64,000 nucleotides of DNA. Source: Gordius albopunctatus (lineage: Eukaryota). A program made the position numbers and the translations under genes. The stretch spans positions 7,502,001 to 7,566,000 of the forward strand of contig OZ193909.1 in assembly GCA_964276515.1 (NCBI GenBank), read 5' to 3'. Below the pieces are notes generated by a model. The model searched no databases, was not told the DNA's origin, and worked only from the letters and a program-made list of their open reading frames with translations. Positions 1 to 10,708 of this stretch are shown piece after piece. Positions within the stretch are counted from its first letter, which is position 1, and the number at the start of each line of letters is the position of its first letter.

Positions 1-19
1 AAACAGGAGAAATTTTTAC

Positions 20-715
20 TTTTACATCCTTCACCCAAAGGGGAATATGTATTTGTTCTTTGCTGGGGATTATTTATTTGTAAGATTATTCACCCAATCT
101 ATGATACTCCAATACTAGTTTATTCACTCCAAAAATTATAATACAACTCCGGACACGGGATATAATTGAAGTATCCGGCAATAAGTGTTAACACCACAAT
201 AATAGCGCGGGAATATAATTTCTAGCGATTACAAGGGGGGGGGATTGGGTTTACAATGGAGAAATTTTCATTCTACGGGAGAAAATCCTATTTCTATGTT
301 TCTCTGCCTAGTATCGATTTTGCTGGGACTTATATAGGTTTCTTTTCTTGGCCTGTGCCTTTATCCTTGAAACTTCTTTTTTTTTGACCCATTTTACCGC
401 GCCAATTTCGTGATGAATGGCCCTTCACTTCCAAGGCTTTTCCACGTCCTTTGGAATCCTCAGCTGACAGTTCTAGGTTTCCCCTACCTTTCTTATGCCA
501 ATTCAATATTTATTACCAGGTGATGTGATACCCTTGCTTCCTTCTGCTACTTCTTTCAGGCCAAGTCTTAATTTACAGCTGTATCCTTGTACTATTTAAC
601 TACCAACCCAAATTTCGGTAACCTTCCCTTTCCCTTCGTTTATTTTTCATCTTATCACGTGCTCCTGCCTTATAAGGGCTGGTTCCCTTTTTAATATTTT
701 CTCATGGATATGACA
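20..715 (-). repeat. 3' LTR of element 1 (696 bp)
   Basis: Minus strand starts TGTCATATCC and ends GGATGTAAAA. Matches 6387-7022 except a 60-bp indel, 2 substitutions and 2 single-base indels that I could see. AATAAA at 119-124 (-). Confidence 0.95.
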
Positions 716-729
716 CCTCCCTTTTCTTC
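716..729 (-). promoter_or_regulatory. Polypurine tract (element 1)
   Basis: GAAGAAAAGGGAGG on the minus strand directly before the 3' LTR TG. Confidence 0.9.
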
Positions 730-913
730 AGGGATCACGTCTCGGGGGGGGGGGTCTTCTGGTTGAGTGTTCACGGTGGTTGGAACAAGTGGTTGGATAG
801 GTGGGTGGAACAGGTGGTTGGGTCAAGTGGTTGGGATCTTCCAATTTCGGTCGTTCGTTTTCTGGTCCTTGTTTAAGGTTTCCTGTTGATATTTTGTTCC
901 TTTCGATGGTCAT
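728..913 (-). CDS. Possible Pro-rich 61-aa accessory ORF ending at the PPT
   Basis: ATG ORF whose TGA overlaps the PPT, preceded by an acceptor-like ttttataatAG (928-927). No recognisable homology. Confidence 0.3.
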   Translation of the reverse strand: MTIERNKISTGNLKQGPENERPKLEDPNHLTQPPVPPTYPTTCSNHREHSTRRPPPPRRDP

Positions 914-1174
914 CGTAGTACGTCACCTATTATAAAATATAAATGCTGCCCGATCCCTAATACAGGATCAGTAGCCATATTCACCTCTACATCAACACCC
1001 TTCTACGTTATAACAACTTTTATTTCCAATCAACACACCAAATTTTCATATTGATATATGGGGAATAATTCTATAAATGACACAGCACACAGGGGATAAT
1101 TTATATCAATAACAGGTCAATCGGGTACATAAATTATATACATCATAGGGCAATTGTCCCTCAAGAGTGGCTTT

Positions 1175-1522
1175 TCACTCCTTCCCTTCTTCCAGTTTGA
1201 AACTCTTTAACCTTTCTCCAATTTCTTCCCACACGTTTGTTGGGGGTCTAGCGTTCGTCTGGGTTTCTACATCCGTCTGGGTCCCTACACTTTTAAAGTT
1301 GTCTTTCTTCTTCGCCTTCTTCACCTTTTCCCTCGTCCATTTCTTCTTAATCCCTCTCGTGGTACACTTTCTTCCCCTGCTCCTCCAGGGGCACGTCTGC
1401 CAGCGATGAGTTCCTCGCTCATCACATATATAACAAATTATTCCTTCGACCTGCACTTCCGACCCATAGTAACACTGCCACGTTCTATGGCTGTCATACT
1501 GCCAGCACACCTTACATTGGAG
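1175..1522 (-). CDS. Post-integrase accessory ORF with two CX2CX5HX4C zinc knuckles and a basic tract; probably exon 2 of a spliced mRNA
   Basis: LQCKVCWQYDSHRTWQC...CYICDERGTHRWQTC followed by a K/R-rich stretch; preceded by tattttattaCAG (AG at 1524-1523). Confidence 0.75.
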   Translation of the reverse strand, partial: LQCKVCWQYDSHRTWQCYYGSEVQVEGIICYICDERGTHRWQTCPWRSRGRKCTTRGIKKKWTREKVKKAKKKDNFKSVGTQTDVETQTNARPPTNVWEEIGERLKSFKLEEGKE

Positions 1523-1549
1523 CTGTAATAAAATAGATTTCCTTAGTCC

Positions 1550-4500
1550 CTACTGGTCTCGTCGCCGTAACTGGTCAATATGCCTCCAAAATTCCTTACC
1601 GTCTTCTATCGTCACTCGACACCTTACCCCTCCTTCTACGGCGATCACTAACCCCTTTACCCACTTACTCGGACCTTGATACATTTTAACCCAAATCGTA
1701 TCCCCTAATTTAAAGCGGGCTGCCCTCCCTAAATAACTCCTTCCCTCTACCCTTCTCAACTCGTCTAGCAATACCCTCCCTCGTCGTCCCAAGAATCTCG
1801 ATGACGGGGACTGGCCATCTCCTTCCTTCGCGTTATTATACATTAACTTCATCGGCCACTGCTCGGATGTCCCCCTTTTCTCCTTAAGAATCCACCCTTT
1901 AACTACTCCCACCATTCTTTCCACCTGCCCGTTGGAACTGGGATGATAGGGTGGGGTGATAATATGTTCTATCCCTTGACTTCCACAAAATTCTTTAAAC
2001 TTTACGCTACTAAATGCTGGACCTCCGTCGGACACTATCAGTTTTGGTAATCCATATCGCGCCAATAGTCCTTTCAATATCCTTATTACAATCCGGGTCG
2101 AACTTCCATTAACCTTTTCGTACTCTACCCATTTAGTACCGGCGTCCACCGCTATAAAATATACCTGCCCTAGACACTCGAAAAAATCTAGATGGACCCT
2201 ATCCCACGGATTTTGTGCCCTAGCCCATTGGCTACCTTTAATTTTGGGTGGCATCGCGGCTATGCTATTGCATGCCTCACATTGCCTGCAGAGATATTCG
2301 CTATCCTTTCTGATATCGGGCCACCAGATATATTCTCGCGCCCATCTCTTCATCTTTACCATACCCTGATGTCCTTTATGTAACTCATTTAACACCTCCT
2401 TCCTTAACACATCGGAGATGATTATCTGTAGACCTTTCATAATACATCCATCCACTATGCTTAATTGCCTTTTGATCTTTTGGTACTTTCTCAGGGCGAG
2501 GGGCCACTCGGCTTCTCCTCGAATACACTGGCCTAATTTCTTTAGTTCGATATCCCTCTCCGTTGCTTCCTTGACATCCATCCAGGAGATTGGTCCTCCG
2601 TCCGATATTCTTAAAATGTATGGTGCATCATTGTTATTATAGTTTTCTTCCATTGAGTCACTGTCTACTTTCTTGTCCTCTCCCTGGTCTTGGGTACCCA
2701 TTCGTGATAATGTATCGGCTATATAATTATCCTTGCCTCTTTTATATTTTATTTCCACTTCAAACGCTCCTATCATTACTAGCCATCTCTATAGTCGAGA
2801 AGATAACATAAGATCGTTGTTATCCTTCTTAAATAATGCTACTAAAGGTTTGTGATCCGTATATAACACAAAAGGTTTGCCTATAATATACTCCCAACAT
2901 TTATGGAGGCCATATACGACGGCTGAGGCTTCTTTCTCGATTACCGAATATCGCAATTCTGGATCTTTAAATTTTCGCGAAAAATACATAACTGGTTTTT
3001 CGTTTCCATCTTCGACCTGTAATAACGCCCCACCGACAGCTTCTTGCGAGGCGTCCACTACTATGTGAGTTTCCTTGCTACTATCAAAACAACTTAATAT
3101 TGGGGGTTTGGTTACACATTCCTTTAAATCCTGGAAACTCCTTTCCACTTCCTCATTCCATTTAAAAATTGTACTACCCTTAATCAGATCATATAAGAGC
3201 CTAGCTCTAGACGCAAAAAGTGGCACATATATATTGTAGTAATTTATTAATCCCAAAAAGGATTGCAGTTCTTTTTTAGAAGCTGGTGCACCAAGGTTAC
3301 TTACTGCCGCGATCTTACTCTCTATGGGCCTAATGGTACCATTTTCGATAATATGCCCCAAATATTCGACTGTATTTACATCAAAAATACACTTTTCTTT
3401 GGACAATCTTAATCCATTGTCATCAATAATTTGTAAAACTTGTCGTAATTTATAATCATGTTCCGCTTGTGTTTTTCCTGCCACTAATAGATCATCTATA
3501 TAATAGAAGACACCTTCTATTCCTCGAAATAATGAATTCATGGCCATCTAAAAGATTGGAGCCGAAATACTTAATCCAAAAGGTAATCTCAAGAACTTAA
3601 ATAGACCTAAATGTGTGTTTATTGCTAGGGCTTGACTCATCTCTTTTGATACCTTCAATTGTAGGTAAGCCGTTACAAAATCTAATTTTGAGAAGTGTTT
3701 ACATCCATTCAACTCCACCAAAATCTCCTCTAAACGCGGCAATGGAAATTTTAGACTCTCAATACAAGGATTTAGAGTGATACGAAAGTCCGCACACAAT
3801 CTCAACTTACCATTAGCCTTCCTTACCGGTACTAAGGGCGTTGCCCAATAACTAAAGGATACCGGTTTGGTTATTCCTTCTTTAACCCACTTGTTTAACT
3901 CCTCCTCTATTTCACTGCGCCATTCATAAGGTACTCTTCGAGCTGAACAAAATTTCGGGGTTACTCCTGGTTTTAATTTCATCGTGGCCTCATAATTTTT
4001 CAAACATCCAAACTCTTTATTGAAAATTCTTGAAAACTCTGCACGAATCTCCTCAAACTTCGCGCCTGTACTCTCTTGCAACATTAACTCCATGTTTATT
4101 AAATCACTACCCGAGGTCGGCTCAGTTCTTATTTTATTCAACCAGTCAACCTCAAAGTTTTGAATCCAGTCCCATCCTAAAATATTATTAACCCTTAGGT
4201 CCGATATATATAATATTAAATTTTTAACAACTCTATTTACGGTTATACGCACGTCGCACTGTCCTATTAATTTTATATTGTCATTATTAAATAGCTTCAC
4301 TTCCAATTTTGACTCTTTAAATAATCCACCGTTACAAATTCTAAACCAATCATCTCTATTAACTACAGTTATGGATGAACCGGTGTCAAATATAAAATTA
4401 AGTTGAATTTTGTTACAGAATATTTTTACGCGGGGAACTGGGTTATTTTTAATTTCCAGCATATTTATGGTAGGAATTTGCATTACTTCGTTTTTTATCG

Positions 4501-5332
4501 ATTTTTGTTTGATAAAATTCCCTAAAAGATCATGATTACGCGGCGATGTTACGTTAAACACTTCCCAATTTCTTTTAATGGGTATTAAAGTTAATTTACA
4601 TTTAGGATAGATAACAGGGGTGGTTTTTGTTGTTGTAAACTCGTTCAATTTTCCATAGTCATACCAATACTCATAAGTTAAAAATAAAAATCTTCGACAC
4701 ATATACTTGTAAAAATTACTCGTGTTGACCTTATCAATTTGCTCGCTACCCTTCCAAGGATTTAAATAAAGGTTCATTTTACTTTTGTTATATTTATTTA
4801 TTTCCATTAAATTATTTCTTCCCTTCCCTATTTTATTTTTGTACTGGGTTTTGCTTTTTGGTACTTTAAAAACGGTAGATTGCATAAATGATTCCAGATT
4901 TAAACGGTCGTAAGTATATTCGCCCAAAACACAAAAATTGGTATTTCCTAACCAATAAAATTTATTCCAGATTTCAAATCGCCAACACGCCCGTGAGTAC
5001 GATTTAATTATATACGTTGGTGGAGTATTAGGAATTTCGAATGGCTTAACCACGATTTCTCGGATCTCCTTTCCAATCGACCTATTCCCAAGATTTTTTA
5101 TCTTTCGACAAACCATCTCTTTATACTCACCCAAAATATATGAAAAATACCCTTTTTGAGTATCTTTATAAAATATACAATTATTTTGTATATTAAAAGT
5201 GTTTTTAGAAGAATAATATTTGTCCCGTTTAAGTGTGTTATGCCTCCCATGTATTTTTAAAGTACCAAACTGCACTATATTTATCATAATTTTAATAAAA
5301 AGTTGCAAACCCAAAAATAATTTGTTCAACAT
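1550..5332 (-). CDS. pol: Pol polyprotein: unknown N-terminal domain + protease + RT + RNase H + integrase, interrupted by two in-frame TAGs
   Basis: ORFs 3548-5332, 2789-3547 and 1550-2776 share one frame. FDTGS protease at ~4385, YIDD, VDAS RNase H, HHCC and D-D-E integrase. TAG at 3548-3550 and 2789-2791. Confidence 0.93.
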
Positions 5333-5691
5333 GTTAAAATTTCTATTAATCCTTTATTAATTTTTTACTATGACCCTTTTACTTTAAATTCTTCATGCTA
5401 ATGATACCTTTTATTATTTTTTTTTTTGATCAAAATCAAAGTTCAACACTAGTAGTCAAAAAATTTTATTTATACATATCAATATTAATATATTTTATGC
5501 AAATTGAACAATAAACATATTATGCAATAAAATCAATAAAATTTATTATAAAAATTGATATTTTATATTATATAACGAATTCGACATAGCAAGCGCAGGG
5601 GGGGGGGTTACGAACATTATGGGGAAGGTGCTAACATTATTTTTTATATTATTAGTAATTGCATATTATTATTAAAATAAAATATAAGTCC

Positions 5692-6027
5692 TTAGGGCTT
5701 ATATTTGGGAAATAACATTTTATTTTTGCAAAATTCAGCATAATGCCCAATATCTCCACAATTTACACATCGGGGAGTGACATAATTATTTTTACTTTGG
5801 TTTGGGGTATGTAATGATGGATTACTTAATTGCTTATTATTAAAATAACAATTACGCTGTAAATGATTTGTGTTTCCGCACGTAAAGCACCTCAATCTCT
5901 TGGTTAATTTATTAACTAACTGTCCAATTAAAATGCCCAATATCAAAATAACAAGGTAATCAATATATTCATATAAATCAACAAACAAATTTCTTAAATA
6001 AAGTCGATTATCGCTTTTACCAAACAT
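5692..6027 (-). CDS. 111-aa ORF: hydrophobic (TM-like) helix plus two CCHC zinc knuckles (nucleocapsid-like)
   Basis: YLVILILGILIGQLV followed by CFTCGNTNHLQRNC and CVNCGDIGHYAEFC; ATG start and TAA stop. Confidence 0.8.
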   Translation of the reverse strand: MFGKSDNRLYLRNLFVDLYEYIDYLVILILGILIGQLVNKLTKRLRCFTCGNTNHLQRNCYFNNKQLSNPSLHTPNQSKNNYVTPRCVNCGDIGHYAEFCKNKMLFPKYKP

Positions 6028-6106
6028 GCTAAAATATATTTTTTAAAATTAATAATTAATGAAATTAATAAAATCACGAAAAATATTATATAATAAATTA
6101 ACATAC

Positions 6107-6139
6107 CTTTTTATAACGCTGGTTTCCGTGTGTGTCCAT
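6107..6139 (-). CDS. Leader mini-exon MDTHGNQRYKK ending at a splice donor
   Basis: gtaATGG start, 11 codons, then AAG|GTATGT (GT at 6106-6105), phase 0. Confidence 0.6.
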
Positions 6140-6207
6140 TACGAATTTCGTCTGTTTTGATCGCGTCTGATTGCGGTTGAGTCTCACGGCTGTGTTTTGT
6201 CCTTTGG

Positions 6208-6379
6208 ATTGCGGCGGTTTTGATTGTGTTGAATCTTAAAGTCGACTTTTGTACGAGTATAACCGGGATTGCAGCGGTTTTGCTTGTGTATAATCTTAAG
6301 TCTTTTGTACGAGTATAACCGGAATTGCGGCGGTTTAGTGTATAATCTTAAGGTCGCCTTTTGTACGAGTATAACCGGG
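6208..6379. repeat. Three ~57-bp tandem repeats in the element 1 leader
   Basis: Unit attgcrgcggttt...aatcttaa...ttttgtacgagtataaccgg x3, abutting the PBS. Confidence 0.9.
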
Positions 6380-6385
6380 GCACCA
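6376..6385 (-). promoter_or_regulatory. Primer-binding site TGGTGCCCCG (elongator tRNA-Met-like)
   Basis: One base after the 5' LTR end; complementary to a ...CGGGGCACCA tRNA 3' end. tRNA identity is from recall. Confidence 0.8.
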
Positions 6386-6386
6386 C

Positions 6387-7022
6387 TTTTACATCCTTCA
6401 CCCAAAGGGGAATATGTATTTGTTCTTTGCTGGGGATTATTTATTTGTAAGATTATTCACCCAATCTATGATACTCCAATACTAGTTTATTCACTCCAAA
6501 AATTATAATACAACTCCGGACACGGGATATAATTGAAGTATCCGGCAATAAGTGTTAACACCACAATAATAGCGCGGGAATATAATTTCTAGCGATTACA
6601 AGGGGGGGGATTGGGTTTACAATGGAGAAATTTTCATTCTACGGGAGAAAATCCTATTTCTATGTTTCTCTGCCTAGTATCGATTTTGCTGGGACTTATA
6701 TAGGTTTCTTTTCTTGGCCTGTGCCTTTATCCTTGAAACTTCTTTTCTTTTTGACCCATTTTACCGCGCCAATTTCGTGATGAATGGCCCTTCACTTCCA
6801 AGGCTTTTCCACGTCCTTTGGAATCCTCAGCTGACAGTTCTAGGTTTCCCCTACCTTTCTTATGCCAATTCAATATTTATTACCAGGTGATGTGATACCC
6901 TTGCTTCCTTCTGCTACTTCTTTCAGGCCAAGTCTTAATTTATAGCTGTATTCTTGTACTATTTAACTACCAACCCAAATTTCGGCTGGTTCCCTTTTTA
7001 ATATTTTCTCATGGATATGACA
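6387..7022 (-). repeat. 5' LTR of element 1 (636 bp)
   Basis: Direct repeat of 20-715; TATATAA candidate at 6696-6702 (-). Confidence 0.95.
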
Positions 7023-7197
7023 ATGTTGTATAAATTTTTCTTAAATGTCGAGACGAGACGAGAATTCTCGCCAAGATGAGACGAGACCGAGATTTTTCTT
7101 GACCGAGACGAGACGAGATCGAGATTTTTATAATCGCTCCCGAAACGAGACGAGATTTTTGCTTTCGAGACCGAGACGAGATGAGATCGAAACACTA
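7023..7197. mobile_element. Right end of a non-autonomous hAT (GAGAC-repeat family) interrupted by element 1
   Basis: CGAGA/GAGAC arrays ending aaacacta. Bases 1-19 joined to 7023 onward align with 41629-41758. Confidence 0.85.
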
Positions 7198-7199
7198 CC

Positions 7200-7740
7200 C
7201 GGAGAGGACAAAATTTTTATTTTTTCTTAATTAAATTAATATATTGTTCTTGTTAATACCATTGATAATATGACTTTTTGACCTTCCGCTGGCTACTGAA
7301 CAATAAAAAAAATAACCATTGGCCAAATTGTGATTCGAAATTTTTTTTCGTTTTTGAATTGGTTAACATTGATAATTACCCTATGCCCTCCTCTAGAAGG
7401 GCCTATGCCTCTACTGATATGGGTCCCTGTGCCCCTACAAAGGCTTATGACTCTATTAATGTCGGTTCGAATCCCAGCGAATGTTCTGAATTGCTGGTTC
7501 GATACTCGGAGAGGGCAAAATTTTTATTTTTTTAAATTAAATTAATATATTGTTCTTGTTAATACCATTCATAATATGACTTTTTGGCCTTCCGCTGGCT
7601 ACTGACCAATGAAAAAATGACCATTGACCAAAATGTGAATCGAATTTTTTTTAGTTTTTTTTGACTCGTATGTATTTATAGACCGTCTCTTGGTACTTAC
7701 CAATAAAAAAAATGACCATTGGCTAAATAGTTTTTAAGTA
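7200..7740. repeat. Dispersed repeat with a ~140-bp internal duplication and a B-box-like GGTTCGAATCC; inverted relative at ~11510-11790
   Basis: 7201-7345 repeats at 7509-7650; gctggctactgaccaat...accattggccaaa recurs reverse-complemented near 11685-11720. Confidence 0.6.
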
Positions 7741-9657
7741 AAGGCTAAAATTTTAAAATGCTCCTCCCAAAATCATTATAAAATACTGAAACAAATTCTT
7801 GAATATTTGATGATCAAAAAACGCCTACCCCAAATATTTTATAATTTTTTTGCGGCCCCACATTTTTTTCATAATAATTTATATTTGTTAAAATATCTTT
7901 AATATATTGATTTTCTATTATTGTTTCATTTTATTAAATAATGAACACAAAACACAAGAAAATCATATTTTTAGATGGTTACTAACTAAATGCATACAAA
8001 ATTCCGTCGTTTTGTATTTGCTATGTTTAAAAATATATGATTGGAATTAATCAAAAAGATTAAACATTTTGCTAAAATTTATGACATGATTTATTTTCTG
8101 ATTTAAACTTATAATTTGTTTTTTTGGCGTTAAAAAAATCATAAAATTGCAGAAAATTTTGCAGCTGTGCCTAAAGGGTGTCGCTTAACACCACCTCAAT
8201 TTAATAACAATAAATTATACCAATTAATAGACATAAAATAAATTAACTAAATTATAAAGGGGGGGGGGCATGTGTCGTGTTTCTTGGAGGGGGGAAATCT
8301 TACCCGCCTTAATGCTTTTACACAGTCCATAAAACTGGTTTCATTCCCCAATCAAATATCCAATTGTAATAAATTTAGATACGATACGGGGTTTATACCG
8401 CACTATTTATATGCCAAGGTTAAACTACATTTTATTACCCTACCTCTATCTTACCCTCTTTTCAGCCCACCGCTGACTTGGCATTATCACAAGGAGGCAC
8501 AGTATTTATTGCTTTTTTCCTCCTCACTTTCTAATATAATTAATAATTCTAGCAGAGAGGGAAATCTATAAAAATACCATATAGCATGGGCCTAGCCAGC
8601 ATAAGAATTTGAGGGGGGCAAAAATGATTATGGGATGGGTAAAATAATATTTTAATTTAGCCAATATTTTAATAAACTTCAAAGAGTTTTTGGACTTATA
8701 GGGGGCAGCCGCTCCCCCCCCCCCTTCATCCACCCACTTAATAAAATATAAAACATTATGTGAATTCGTTTAAATGATAATTATACCGATTAGATAATAT
8801 ATTAATTGCTAAACAATTTTTTAAATACCTTTTTTAAAATTTTAGGCTTATATATCTATGATGCCTTTATAGTCTCGAATCCTTTTTTAGATTTTATCCA
8901 ATTGTTTTTTATTTAAATGGCATCATATCCATTTTGATATTTTTGGTTTATAAAATTATTAATTCAAGGAAGACTTGATTTAAAATTTTCCAGAGGGCCC
9001 TTAAATCCAAATTATTTAAGAGTCTTATTAAAAAATGTAAAAAACCAGCAAATTTAATTATACAAGGATTAGCCTAATGGGCTTAGCCATAGGCGGAGAG
9101 CAGGGAGGAGCGGCTGCCCCCCCCTAAATTCAATATGCAATTTATGGGCTCACTTTCCATTTTCCGATGTCTTGTCACGCACCGAATGTCTTGCACCGAA
9201 TGTCTTGTTACGCTTTACGTCGTGTTTACCACTGAAACCGCTTGGAAGTAGGTTCGATACCCAAGGAAGGCCATTTTTTGTTAATTAAATGGAAAATTTG
9301 TAATTATAATTAACTAAACATTTTGCATTTAATACCCCCTATAGGCAATCTCACCGCTTCCCACCTTTCTCGCCCATAAATGGCATAGCAAATGGGCTAC
9401 TTTTATACGGAGTATAGATGATTGTTCCCCATTCCATCCTGCCCCTCCCTCTCCACTTCCCTTCCCTTCCCCTCCCCTTCCCCCCTCCCCCTTCTTACGA
9501 GGGCCGAAGGCCCGAGTTTATTTTATAAAAAAATTAGTTTGCTTTATTAAATTTGGGCCGGGCTTCGGCCAGCCTGTTTATTTTATTGATGGCTCTACTT
9601 GTAGGGGTGGGGTGCGGTGAGACATGGGAAAGATTTGTTACCATCGGGTATCGTACT

Positions 9658-10708
9658 TAGAGATCTGCAACGGGCCGTTTTTAGAAGGTCGGCCCGCCCG
9701 TACCCGTTTTCAAAACTTCAAGGCCCGTCCGACCCCGGCTGTAGTTTTTTTCCACACTTCCGGCCCGCCCGAGCCCTTCCGTAAATATTTAGGCCCGTCC
9801 GTAAACTTTTAGAGCCCGTTCATACCCGTTTAGATAACCGTCAGGCCCGCTCAAGCCCGTTCAAATTTTTTTAAAGAACTCCGCGCTCGGCCCAATTCTG
9901 CATAATTTTATTTTATGACATATTCATAAAAATATCAATAATTATCATTATTTCCGCAGTTATCACACCTAAAAAAATTTCAATATATAGTACTTTAAAT
10001 TACATGAGAATATTCCACCTTCAACAATTTACTTTTATTTGATTACTTTAAGTTAATGAGAATTCACTATCACCATTAAATTAAAATACTTTAATAAAAT
10101 TACATGAGAATTATTCAACTTTCAATAAGCAGTTTACATTGATTTGGTTAATTTTTGAATGCACCTAAGTTGTAGATTAGAACAAAAATATTTATTAAAT
10201 TATATAGCCTTAATAATAATTATACAAGTAAAATTTGTGATAAAATTAAATACAAAAATTTTGGTGCATTATAATTAAGTAATTGAACTTACGTATAAAA
10301 GAACATACGAAGCTCAAATCTTAAATTATTTAAACGAAAATCTATAGCAAATAGAATAAAAATGTTTTCAAGTCAAATTTAGCGCTTGGAAAAAGAAATA
10401 AATGCTACAGGATATACAAAAATTAAAGTTTGGAAAAATTAAGCAATTAATAATCTATATATTTAATAAAAATTATATATTTATACAATTGTATGACTTT
10501 TAAGGACCTTGGCAATTTTATCGTTTATATAATCTCTGGTCCGTTGAAGCACGTTTATAAAACGTCAGGCCCGTTAAAAAAATCTTAGGCCTGCCCGAGC
10601 CCGTTCCATTAATTTTTAAGCCCGTCCGGGCCAGGCCCGTTAAAATTTTTATAATAAAAAGCCCGTCCGTACCCACCCGCGGGCCGGGCCTGCCCGTGCA
10701 GATCTCTA
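9658..10708. mobile_element. Non-autonomous hAT element (GGCCC/GCCCG subterminal repeats)
   Basis: TIR TAGAGATCTGCA; perfect 8-bp TSD ATCGTACT (9650-9657, 10709-10716). Confidence 0.95.

Larger units (their letters stand above)
20..7022 (-). mobile_element. Ty3/Gypsy (Mag-like) LTR retrotransposon, young, with atypical gene content
   Basis: Near-identical direct repeats 20-715 and 6387-7022; PBS next to the right LTR and PPT next to the left LTR; pol order PR-RT-RH-IN with Mag-like motifs (SYWATPLVPVRKANGKLRLCADF, YIDD, HKGHQG..YIWWP, PWDRVHLDF, SDGGPAF, PYHPSSNGQVER). Confidence 0.97.

Noticed and set aside
6208..6379. CRISPR-like array (also 23917-24283 and the hAT pentamer arrays)
   Set aside because: Whole units repeat with no unique spacers; eukaryotic context and no cas genes.
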